Source: Candidatus Heimdallarchaeota archaeon (lineage in GTDB: Archaea > Asgardarchaeota > Heimdallarchaeia > Hodarchaeales > Hodarchaeaceae). Taken from it: a stretch of 64,000 bases of DNA. Under the pieces are notes generated by a model that was not told the DNA's origin, did no database searches, and was given only the letters and a program-made list of their open reading frames with translations. The stretch spans positions 1 through 64,000 of the forward strand of contig DXJL01000056.1 in the NCBI GenBank assembly GCA_019057635.1. The letters run 5' to 3'. Positions 10,106-18,783 of the stretch are shown here, piece after piece. How positions within the stretch are numbered: the first letter of the stretch is position 1; each line of letters begins with the position of its first letter. The translations under genes and the position numbers were made by a program.

Positions 10106-10203
10106 TAATCCTTTCAGTGGATTCAGTTATTAATTTCAAAATTTGAGTATTATGACTCCTACGGTTGAGAAAATTTCTTCGTGGGATATATTAGGGTTTC
10201 TCT

Positions 10204-11115
10204 CTACCGACGTATTTTTCTCAGTAGATAATCTATTATTTTTTTGGCAACGTTTATCTCGGGATTGGCCATTTCAAATGCTTTCCATCCTGGACAGGCA
10301 TTTACTTCAAGGATGTAAGACCCATTTTGGGTAGGAAATAGATCTATTCCAGCTACTTCAATTCCAATTCTTTCTGCTATTTGATGTACTAGTTCTTCAT
10401 CTTCAGGCAACAACTGATATGCTTCACAATTGGCTCCGAGGGCAAAATTTGTTCGCCATTCTCCAGTTGGGGCTATTCGCTTCATGCTGCCAATGATCTC
10501 CTTTCCTATGTAGATTACTCGTATATCCGCAGACGGGGGAGATGAATGTAGAGGCCCAGATCGAAGATATTCTTGGATCATAATTGGTTCAGAAGATCGC
10601 ATAAATAGTGATTCAATAATCTCTTCTGCTGTTTTTGGATTAGGCGCTAACATGCTTCCACTTCCCCGGGTCGCATCAGGTAGTTTTATGACCACAGGAA
10701 ATTTAAAAGCTTTTAACAATTGGTCGGCCTGAAACGAGTTATTAATTAATATTGTTCTAGGTAATTGTACTCCTTTTATCTTTGATAACGATTGATAACA
10801 GCGAAACTTATCTCGTGAAAGAAAAAGAGCCTCTGCTGAAAGAGTACTTGGAATATTCATTAACTCAAAATGCTTCAAACATATTAAACCCATATTTGTT
10901 TGAGATCTTCCGATGCGTGGAACAACCCCCAATAGTGGTAGTAAGGATTGGTTCGCAAATCGAGCATCAGTACCTGAAGAACTAATTAATGGAAAAACAT
11001 ATTGTGTTGATAGAAAAACACCAGAGATATCATTTCTTTGGTTGATATCCTTAAGTAATTGTGTTGTCGGAAAATAGTCTTTATTTCTACTTAGGACACC
11101 TATTTGTTTAACCAC
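10204..11115 (-). CDS. rimK: RimK-family ATP-grasp ligase
   Basis: RDKFRC, FPVVIK, IQEYL, DIRV, WRTNFALG, AGIDL and LEVNACPG. Confidence 0.9.
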   Translation of the reverse strand: MVKQIGVLSRNKDYFPTTQLLKDINQRNDISGVFLSTQYVFPLISSSGTDARFANQSLLPLLGVVPRIGRSQTNMGLICLKHFELMNIPSTLSAEALFLSRDKFRCYQSLSKIKGVQLPRTILINNSFQADQLLKAFKFPVVIKLPDATRGSGSMLAPNPKTAEEIIESLFMRSSEPIMIQEYLRSGPLHSSPPSADIRVIYIGKEIIGSMKRIAPTGEWRTNFALGANCEAYQLLPEDEELVHQIAERIGIEVAGIDLFPTQNGSYILEVNACPGWKAFEMANPEINVAKKIIDYLLRKIRR

Positions 11116-11131
11116 GTAATTCCTCCTAAGA

Positions 11132-11240
11132 TAGCCCCGCTCAGATTCGAACTGAGGTTAGAGAGTATTTCTCCACGGTTCTACGCTTAGTAGACTCGTA
11201 CTATAGAACTCTCTGTGATGGACCACTACACTACGGGGCT
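11132..11240 (-). tRNA. Intron-containing tRNA with a Gln-type body; canonical 37/38 splicing gives anticodon CUA
   Basis: Acceptor AGCCCCG/CGGGGCT+A, anticodon stem GAGAG/CTCTC, T arm CTCAG-TTCGAAT-CTGAG. 36-nt intron at 11167..11202 with BHB-type helix TTCT/AGAA. Anticodon at 11204..11206. Confidence 0.85.
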
Positions 11241-11244
11241 TAAA

Positions 11245-11448
11245 TTAACGAACTGGGCTTGAAAAAGTAAGAATATCATCAATAAGTTCTACGTGTGTAA
11301 TTAACATTCTTCTGCAGCAGTATCGCTTTAAATCAAATGAATCTAATAGTTCTGATGCTTCCTTACCAGCTTTCATGCCGTCTAAAAAATCATCATAATA
11401 GTGGGCAATAACTTTTCCGCAAGTATAACAGCGTATAGGAATCATCAT
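11245..11448 (-). CDS. rpoN: RNA polymerase subunit N (Rpo10)
   Basis: MIPIRCYTCGK...KRYCCRRMLITHVELID. Confidence 0.98.
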   Translation of the reverse strand: MMIPIRCYTCGKVIAHYYDDFLDGMKAGKEASELLDSFDLKRYCCRRMLITHVELIDDILTFSSPVR

Positions 11449-11464
11449 AGTGCTAATTCACCTG

Positions 11465-12118
11465 TTAAAATCCATCATCGCTCAGGGGTCGTCGGCCTCG
11501 TGGGGCTCTAAATAATTCTACCCTTAATTGAGCATCTTTTTCTGGTGTTAATTCACCACGTTCTCTAAGAATTTCCTTTGTTAATAACCAAAATATCATG
11601 GCTAAGGAATTACGCCCTTTATTGTTACAAGGAATAGCAAGATCAATATTACTTATTGTGTTATCAGTGTCAACAAGAGAAATAACAGGGATTCCCATTC
11701 GATAAGCCTCTTTCAGAGCTTGATGATCGAAGTGAGGATCAGTAATTAATACGCTAGTGGGTTCGATAAAATTATATCGTCCTTTGATGCTTGGATTCGT
11801 GAAAATTCCCGGAATAAATCTTCCAGTAATAGGTTCTGCTCCTGTCACTTTACAGAACATTTCTACAGGATAAATTCCGTATGCCCTGACACTACATGCA
11901 GCTACTCGTGACGTATCTTGACGTGCGAGGAATTTCGCTGCAGTACGTATACGATCATCAGTTTTATGGACATCTAAAACGTAAAGCCCATCGTTTCGAG
12001 TCCGATAGATCGCCCAATCCATGCTTTTCATTCCGCTAGATGTTCCAATGTGGACACCTGCTTTTAAGTAATCTTCTAGAGGCGTGAGCAATTCTTCTTC
12101 TTGTATAGGGGCTGTCAT
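11465..12118 (-). CDS. rps2: 30S ribosomal protein uS2
   Basis: YLKAGVHIGT, GRFIPGIFTNP, IPCNNKG. Confidence 0.98.
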   Translation of the reverse strand: MTAPIQEEELLTPLEDYLKAGVHIGTSSGMKSMDWAIYRTRNDGLYVLDVHKTDDRIRTAAKFLARQDTSRVAACSVRAYGIYPVEMFCKVTGAEPITGRFIPGIFTNPSIKGRYNFIEPTSVLITDPHFDHQALKEAYRMGIPVISLVDTDNTISNIDLAIPCNNKGRNSLAMIFWLLTKEILRERGELTPEKDAQLRVELFRAPRGRRPLSDDGF

Positions 12119-12229
12119 TTGAAGAAACTCCTTATAATATCAATCCTTTCTGCATTTAAGTGACAGTTAATCCAGTAAATAACGATGTTAAGAAGTTTTG
12201 TAGATGTCTTTTGCACCTGAAATGATACA

Positions 12230-13003
12230 TCAAAAAAAAACAAATTCTATTGTTTTCTGTTCTGAGTCCGCCCATGTAGCTTTCTTTGACTTTACCATGA
12301 GTTTCATAATAACAGCGAGATCCTTAGGTGGAAGGGATGACCAAGACTGATTCATTTTGACCATATCATAAAGGGTGATCATTTCAAATCCGTTTTGGAA
12401 GGAATAATTGAAAATTTCCTCAGCAAAAGAATTAAGGGTCTTCCAGTATACCCTAAGTCGTGTTTCATCCGTATCCCACCACGAGGCCTTTTCCTGCTCA
12501 ATTAAATACTCAGAAATAGTTTTTAATTGGGAAATTGATAACTTTTTGTGAAGAACTCCATTTTGAAATGGGTAAACTAAGCTAACTTCCTGGAGATCGA
12601 GTATATGCTGATTTAACACACGTGCAAATGCAAGTAAAAAATCCCCCCAGGTTAGCAACCATTGTCTTTTTAATTCAGGATCTTCTGGAATCATCCATCG
12701 CCATGGCTTCGTCACCCAACCAGGTAAAATCGGTTTTACATTAGGATGAACGGTACCAGGTTTTAGCTCAGCTAATGAAATTCGTTCGGATTTCACTGTT
12801 ATCGATTGTTCGACCTTTGATAGTGATTTATGAAACTGTGAATATGGTAAAGCATTGGATAAAGATTTTTGTTTGATTCTTGGAGCTACTATCTTGTTTG
12901 GTTTCGGTCTGTCTGTTGTCACTTCCTGAAGTACATCTTCAAGTACATCAACTGAAGTTTTTTTCTTGTCAACCTTTTCCTTCTTTCGTTGTAATTCGGC
13001 CAT
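12230..13003 (-). CDS. vps25: ESCRT-II Vps25-like protein with N-terminal extension
   Basis: KRQWLLTWGDFLL, YPF, KASWWD...LRVYWKTLNSFAEEIF tandem winged-helix pattern, directly downstream of vps4. Confidence 0.85.
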   Translation of the reverse strand: MAELQRKKEKVDKKKTSVDVLEDVLQEVTTDRPKPNKIVAPRIKQKSLSNALPYSQFHKSLSKVEQSITVKSERISLAELKPGTVHPNVKPILPGWVTKPWRWMIPEDPELKRQWLLTWGDFLLAFARVLNQHILDLQEVSLVYPFQNGVLHKKLSISQLKTISEYLIEQEKASWWDTDETRLRVYWKTLNSFAEEIFNYSFQNGFEMITLYDMVKMNQSWSSLPPKDLAVIMKLMVKSKKATWADSEQKTIEFVFF

Positions 13004-13045
13004 CCATTAACAGCTCATAAATCGGTAAAGATGGATGAGGTTTTT

Positions 13046-14188
13046 CTACCCTCCAAATTTATCGCGCCATTCATCATATCGCGCAAGCTCATCCGGAGCG
13101 ACTGAGGGACGAATATGCATCATGGCATTATGAAAATCAACTGCTTTCGGAGCTCGTACTTGTACACTCATATCAGTTAGGGCCCCTTCTGCATCCAGTT
13201 CACGAATCGGTTGCATCAAGGATTCACGACACACTAGAGCGATATCTGCCGCCGTATATCCCCCTGTAATTTCAGCTAATGCTTTAAAATCAACATCTAT
13301 ACCCATGGGAATCCCTTTTGTATGAATTGAAAATATTACTTCCCTTGCTTCCCTTGCTGGGAGTGTTACATAAACACGACGTTCAAAACGTCTACGCATT
13401 GCAGCATCGATATCCCAAGGCGTATTCGTTGCTCCTATAGTGACCAGTAGTTCATCACCAGTATCAAAGCCTTCTACTGCTTGTAATAGTTGTGTTTTCA
13501 CTCTTCGCATTGCCTCTCCTTCAGAACTCCCACCTCGTGTTCCTGCCAACGCATCAATTTCATCAAAGAAAATTATGGACGGGGCTTCTTCTACTGCTCT
13601 TTCATAGAGTTCATTTACGAGCTTTTCTGACTCCCCCAACCACTTACTTATTAAATTCGCTGCACTTACTGAAAAAAAGGTTGAATCCACTTCAGAAGCT
13701 ACCGCCTTACATAGATAAGTTTTCCCACAACCAGGGGGACCATACATCAGAATTCCTTTCCATGGTTTACGTGCACCTTTGAATAAATCAGGTCGAGACA
13801 TAGGTAAGATGACGGCTTCTCTTAATGCACGTTTAGCCCCCTCCATTCCTGCGACGTCTTCCCACTTCACGTTTGGTTTCTCTCGAACGATAACACTTGA
13901 AATGGCATCTGAAATTTCGTCACTTTTTGGGGATGGAGCGGAAGAAGGGGTCGGGGGTTCAGATGGTTCGATTATTCCTCGAATTTCCTTCACACGTAAA
14001 ATATATTCCATTGCTTTGTGATAATAGAGATTTTTCATATTTGGATCGTCAGTAAAATTTATTAGTTTTTGTAACTGTTCAGCTGCAGATACATAGTATT
14101 TGACTGCTTGCTGAGTCTGTCCACTTTGATCCAGCTTATAAGCCAAGCTAGCATTCTTTTTAGCTGCTTCAAATAAAGGAGAACCCAT
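13046..14188 (-). CDS. vps4: Vps4 AAA ATPase (MIT plus AAA)
   Basis: N-terminal MIT helices, GPPGCGKT, SKWLGESEK, FFDEID, DAAMRRRFERR. Confidence 0.96.
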   Translation of the reverse strand: MGSPLFEAAKKNASLAYKLDQSGQTQQAVKYYVSAAEQLQKLINFTDDPNMKNLYYHKAMEYILRVKEIRGIIEPSEPPTPSSAPSPKSDEISDAISSVIVREKPNVKWEDVAGMEGAKRALREAVILPMSRPDLFKGARKPWKGILMYGPPGCGKTYLCKAVASEVDSTFFSVSAANLISKWLGESEKLVNELYERAVEEAPSIIFFDEIDALAGTRGGSSEGEAMRRVKTQLLQAVEGFDTGDELLVTIGATNTPWDIDAAMRRRFERRVYVTLPAREAREVIFSIHTKGIPMGIDVDFKALAEITGGYTAADIALVCRESLMQPIRELDAEGALTDMSVQVRAPKAVDFHNAMMHIRPSVAPDELARYDEWRDKFGG

Positions 14189-14240
14189 AGTATCACCACG
14201 TAAACATACTTACCTACTTAAGAAGAAAAGTGATTTGTAG

Positions 14241-14855
14241 TCAGCTTTTCTTTATTTTTTCTAGTTCTTTTTGTAATTCTTGGGACCGGATATCGGGAGA
14301 AGGAAGACCAAAATCAGCTGTAGCTGCTTTAGACGCGCTTATCTCTCCAAGAATTTTTTCAACCACTTCATCTTCTTCTCCATCGGTTGTCATCATCTCA
14401 AATCCTTCATCCATTGCTTCTGTCGCAATATCAACTCGCTCTGTTTCGATTTCCATTTGTTGAAGAACACCTTCAAGCTGTGGAATTTTTAATTCGGCAT
14501 TCATTGTATGAAGTGTGCGTACGAGTCCTTTCAAATCCTTACCGATTGCTTGTGTAGCAGCTGCTTGTTCTAACTTAAACTTGATCCCTTTTACCCTGCT
14601 AGCCATTTGTTGGCATGCGCGGGCCATATTCCGGTTTTTGGCTACATCCTTTGCTAATAGTCTAGCAGTTGACATATCACCATCTTCTATGGATTTCTCA
14701 ACTTCTTTTAACATATTTTTTTCTTCTTTTAGCAATTTTTTCCGTTGACGTAACATTCGTTTTTCAACCATTCGAAGTCGAACGATCCACTTCCGTGTAG
14801 AACCGGCTCCACTTCCTCCACCTTTAAGCCATTGACCAAATTTATCAAAAACCAT
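14241..14855 (-). CDS. ESCRT-III subunit, Vps2/24/46 class
   Basis: Amphipathic N-terminus MVFDKFGQWLK, GDMSTARLLAKDVAK, MIM1-like C-terminus ELQKELEKIKKS. Confidence 0.92.
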   Translation of the reverse strand: MVFDKFGQWLKGGGSGAGSTRKWIVRLRMVEKRMLRQRKKLLKEEKNMLKEVEKSIEDGDMSTARLLAKDVAKNRNMARACQQMASRVKGIKFKLEQAAATQAIGKDLKGLVRTLHTMNAELKIPQLEGVLQQMEIETERVDIATEAMDEGFEMMTTDGEEDEVVEKILGEISASKAATADFGLPSPDIRSQELQKELEKIKKS

Positions 14856-14857
14856 GT

Positions 14858-15538
14858 TTATGACCTCAAACCTTCTTCAATCTGTTTCCGCATCTCATCT
14901 AATTTCTTTTTGTCTGCTTCACGTTTTTTTCCAGTGGTGTTTTCTGATATTGGAGAACTAGGTGTTGCAGGAACACTTGTTTCACTTGCTGGAAGAGAAC
15001 TCGATGATAATTCCGCTTCTAATTCCGCCATTTGCATAGATATTCGATCATCTGCTTCAACATCCATTCCGATTTCAGTTATCGAGGTATCTGTAAGAGA
15101 GTCCTCCATATCTGAAACCATTTCTATGGAATCCTCTAAGGACATCATTACTTCTTCTGTCCTTTCAGGTGAAGCTGCTTCAACATTGCTATCAATTGCA
15201 ATTTGTGCCTGCGCTAGTGTCTCTGTTAAAGTAACGTTATCTGCAGAAATATCAAGCGTTTCAATGATACGTTGTAAGTTTGCTATCTTGCTATGAGTGT
15301 TCGTTGTCTGGGTCAAATATAGCTCACGTCGCTTCAGAGCTTGTTGAGCTCCAGGTTTGTTCCCAGATTTTAACAGTTTACGTGCTAACTCATATTGCTC
15401 ATCAGATTGCCTTGAATAGTTTTTTACCTTTATTTCCATTTGATTTATAGTTCTTTTTAACTTCGCTTTTGTTTCAGTTGATGAAGATGGTTTCGATCCC
15501 GTTAAAAACCCTTTAAGTCGTTTCACTTGTATTTTCAA
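14858..15538 (-). CDS. ESCRT-III subunit, Snf7/Vps20/32/60 class
   Basis: GNKPGAQQALKRRELY, acidic C-half, Pro-rich MIM2-like SVPATPSSP. GTG at 15526 is an alternative start. Confidence 0.92.
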   Translation of the reverse strand: MKIQVKRLKGFLTGSKPSSSTETKAKLKRTINQMEIKVKNYSRQSDEQYELARKLLKSGNKPGAQQALKRRELYLTQTTNTHSKIANLQRIIETLDISADNVTLTETLAQAQIAIDSNVEAASPERTEEVMMSLEDSIEMVSDMEDSLTDTSITEIGMDVEADDRISMQMAELEAELSSSSLPASETSVPATPSSPISENTTGKKREADKKKLDEMRKQIEEGLRS

Positions 15539-15737
15539 CTCTCATCTAGCTTATCTGAAATGAGTATCTTCTTTCAGTTAAATATCTTAAGCTAGGTAAA
15601 CAAGGAGTTCTTCTTAAGACTTACTATTGTGCTCCTCTAAATGTTACCAGAAGAGTATTCAGAGAGAATAGGAGAATATTTCATACCTTTTTATGCATAA
15701 AATTATTTCTAAATGACTGTATTGTAATGTAAGAGAA

Positions 15738-16457
15738 CTATCCTACGCCTGGAAATGATATTAATACACCATCTAAGGTATTAGATTTGATTGCTACTTT
15801 TTTATCTATCAACACTTCTATAGATCGTTCTACTCGTTCTATTGTCCAAGTTGATTTTTGAACTAATTCAGTCATTGAAAGCTGGCCATTAGCCTGTGCT
15901 GCCAACTCAAGTATACGTTGATGATCTTGTGTCAGTTCTGGGTCAGTAAACTCGATAATTTTCATTCCTACGAGTGTTCGTATCTGATGAATTAATCCAT
16001 TCGAAGTTAAAAGTTTCAAAGCGTTATTGACGTCTGAAATAGAAACCACAATTCCTTTACTTTCATCATTAAGCTTCAAGATTAATTCTGATACGCTTAA
16101 GATACCCCCTGTATGATTCCGTATCTGTTTACCAATCTCTATAATTCTTAGTCCTAAATAGTTAATATATTCATCATTTCCCTGCAATCGTGATTTGAAT
16201 GAAGGTCTATTACCTACATCATATATTCCAATTGCAAGAGGAAGTCCTAATTCCTCCCTTAGTTCCATAACCTTTTGGGCAAGGTCAGGATTCTTCTTAA
16301 TATCAGAGTTGTACTGAGATTCAAGCTTCTGAAGTTCCTTGTGTAAATTTCTTATTTTTTTACTCATCTCTTTGAGAGACAAGAGGGCCAATTGACTACC
16401 CTTTACCTTCATTGCCGCTTCCTGAGTTATTTTCTCTTCTATACGTCTAAGGCCCAT
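15738..16457 (-). CDS. ESCRT-II Vps22/Vps36 (EAP30)-like protein
   Basis: MGLRRIEEK N-terminus, YLGLRIIEIG...TGGILSVSEL, SISDVNNALKLL, ELTQDHQRIL, WTIERVERSI. Confidence 0.9.
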   Translation of the reverse strand: MGLRRIEEKITQEAAMKVKGSQLALLSLKEMSKKIRNLHKELQKLESQYNSDIKKNPDLAQKVMELREELGLPLAIGIYDVGNRPSFKSRLQGNDEYINYLGLRIIEIGKQIRNHTGGILSVSELILKLNDESKGIVVSISDVNNALKLLTSNGLIHQIRTLVGMKIIEFTDPELTQDHQRILELAAQANGQLSMTELVQKSTWTIERVERSIEVLIDKKVAIKSNTLDGVLISFPGVG

Positions 16458-16797
16458 TTTATTTTTCCTCGAGATTCAATTAAGTCAAGTTCAGTTAGAT
16501 TTCATAGTTCTTCATTTATAATTTTTTACAATACGATACAATAAATCAGAGTAGATAATTTGTTTAATCTTTTCGTCAAGAAACAGTTCTCTATGGAGAG
16601 TAGGAAGATGAAAAACGGGATATATGAGGAGGTTATCGCTTTTTATGAAAGAATTGATTTTTAGGTTCTTAGTAAATAATAGATTCAAAATAGAGCTAGA
16701 TCTTTTCCTCCTCTACTTGTTCCTTTCTTGTCATCTTACTGTAGTGTTATATTTACTTAAAAATCTACATTCATTCTATGATAGATAGGGAACGTCT

Positions 16798-18144
16798 TTG
16801 GGTCTTAGTTCGTCTTCTTCTGAGTCGACGGGTTACTGTTCCTTTTGTGGTTCAGCACTCGTTTCTTCGGAGGTACACAAGTGTTTAGATTGTGGTGCTA
16901 CTTTTTGTCAACAATGTGCAACACGATCTCTTATGACTGGTTCCCGACTCAAGTGTTCCTGTGGATCACCAAATATTGACGCTTTTGACCACATTAAAAA
17001 TGGAAAAGCGGACTTATTAGAAGAAATTTTCGTCCTTAAACGATCTCTCAAGCACGTAGGATATCGTCCTGTTATTCTCTTAAAACGAACTGGCCAATTG
17101 GAGTCAAGATTACGTTCCTTTCGCAAACAATTTCTCATCCCTGGCAATTTGATTGACAAAATCTTTCTAGAGACAAAGAAAATTGAAAATTTTACTTTGA
17201 ATGAATTTCAGGAATATGCTTCAAAGCTCCAAAGAATCTACCATAATGTAGTACGTCACCCAATATCGGAGAATTCTTTTCGTAACTCATCTTTGCAAAT
17301 CTCTCTATTTCAAAAACATATAGCGAGCTTTGATCAGACGGTTGTATCGAAGCTTGAAACCATCTCCGCGCTTATAGAACAAGTAGAGAAAAAATGTGAT
17401 TTATTTGATGAAACACGAAAACACTTAGCCCGATGTCTCGATATTTTTGTTTTAATCCCAGGTGAATTGGGTATTGGCTATTTTTCAAATTTAGATCTAC
17501 ATAATGATAGCTTTAGGAAGACTACTATTGATTTAATTATTACAACGGATAGGATTGTATTACTTCAGAAAAAGAGAACTAATGTTTTAAGCCATAAAAC
17601 TATCATTTGCGATGAATTCTCTCCCAAAGCGCTACTGGATGTACAAAAAAAGAATTCTGGATTTTTAAAGCGGGATAAGCTTTTAATAACTGCTATTAAA
17701 CGAGATTTTGTCATACAGTCTGATGCTCAAAATCTTATTCGGATATTCAATTCACTAAAGTTGAGTTATCTGGGTCGTCCAAGTGACTTGTATATCAATG
17801 AACCATTCCGTGATTGGTCTTCGGAAATTTATCAGGAAAAAATCCTTTCAGCATTAAATTTTCAGAACCATAAAAGTACCCCATCTTCCTCCAATAAGCA
17901 TCCAAGTAAGAATCCAGAGAATATCCCAGATTTTATTAATGGTTTTTTAGAGGAAAGACTACGAGACTTGCGAATTCATGAACTTGCATCAAAACGAGCT
18001 TTACAGGAACTAAAAGAAGGCCGTAAAAAAGTAGCGGGTCGTGAATATTTCGAACTCTTGAAACAATTTGAATTTGAATTAGCGAAAATTGCTGAAGAAA
18101 GGACAGAGCTGCTTATAAGAACTGGTAAAACTAATCTTTTATGA
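16798..18144 (+). CDS. Hypothetical protein: Cys-rich Zn finger, coiled coil, PH-like domain, steadiness-box-like helical C-terminus
   Basis: CSFC..CLDCGATFCQQC..CSC; DLIITTDRIVLL and GFLKRDKLLI; REYFELLKQFEFEL. Domain calls are by eye. Confidence 0.7.
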   Translation: MGLSSSSSESTGYCSFCGSALVSSEVHKCLDCGATFCQQCATRSLMTGSRLKCSCGSPNIDAFDHIKNGKADLLEEIFVLKRSLKHVGYRPVILLKRTGQLESRLRSFRKQFLIPGNLIDKIFLETKKIENFTLNEFQEYASKLQRIYHNVVRHPISENSFRNSSLQISLFQKHIASFDQTVVSKLETISALIEQVEKKCDLFDETRKHLARCLDIFVLIPGELGIGYFSNLDLHNDSFRKTTIDLIITTDRIVLLQKKRTNVLSHKTIICDEFSPKALLDVQKKNSGFLKRDKLLITAIKRDFVIQSDAQNLIRIFNSLKLSYLGRPSDLYINEPFRDWSSEIYQEKILSALNFQNHKSTPSSSNKHPSKNPENIPDFINGFLEERLRDLRIHELASKRALQELKEGRKKVAGREYFELLKQFEFELAKIAEERTELLIRTGKTNLL

Positions 18145-18153
18145 GAACGATTC

Positions 18154-18774
18154 TTATAGATTTTTTAGTTCCCTTCTAAAGTCAGAAAGCCAGCGAGAAC
18201 CTTGTAATTCTAATTTCTTAATCTCCTTGTTTTTCAATAATTGTCCTGGTTTTTGTTTATCCATCCAGTTAATCCACTGATTTATGTCCTGTGTTACCCA
18301 ATGATCATTTCCATACATTGGTGCTCTAACTACAATATCGTGAATTTCATCAAGATAGGGTAACACTCGATCAACAGTTGCGATTGATTCTAAGTGTAGA
18401 AGATCTAGTAATTCAATCGCATTGGCTACAAACTCCGCAGCAATTGTTGGAAGTTTCTTTATGCTTGAATAATCAATTCGACTATAAGCATTATCATCGG
18501 CTCCTTCAGTCATTTTGAGTTTTGAAAGACCCGAAGGGAAAAGTTGGCTAATTCCTTCTTCTTCAATAAATCGATCAACATCAAAATTATACTGTTCTAA
18601 CTCTGAACGTGTCTTTATAATACTAGTTAGAAGGGTTCTATGCTGTTTATGATATGTACTCGAATCGATCTCTCCACGATCATAAGTACGTGAAATTAAA
18701 TCGAGGGTCCCAATATTCGCAAATAATCGGGCTTCTAGATCCCATCTGTGTGATAAGTTTTGAGGAAATGACAT
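18154..18774 (-). CDS. vps28: ESCRT-I Vps28-like protein
   Basis: ARLFANIGTLDLISRTYDRGEIDSSTY and AEFVANAIELLDLLHL. Confidence 0.88.
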   Translation of the reverse strand: MSFPQNLSHRWDLEARLFANIGTLDLISRTYDRGEIDSSTYHKQHRTLLTSIIKTRSELEQYNFDVDRFIEEEGISQLFPSGLSKLKMTEGADDNAYSRIDYSSIKKLPTIAAEFVANAIELLDLLHLESIATVDRVLPYLDEIHDIVVRAPMYGNDHWVTQDINQWINWMDKQKPGQLLKNKEIKKLELQGSRWLSDFRRELKNL

Positions 18775-18783
18775 TGTTTTTAC

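Noticed and set aside
11132-11240. tRNA-Pyl / pyrrolysine system
   Set aside because: Standard D-loop GG, TTC T loop, two bases between the acceptor and D stems, and no pyl genes in the window.
13004-13048. Vps4-Vps25 read-through fusion via TAG
   Set aside because: The genes are in frame, but an in-frame TAA lies two codons before the vps25 ATG.
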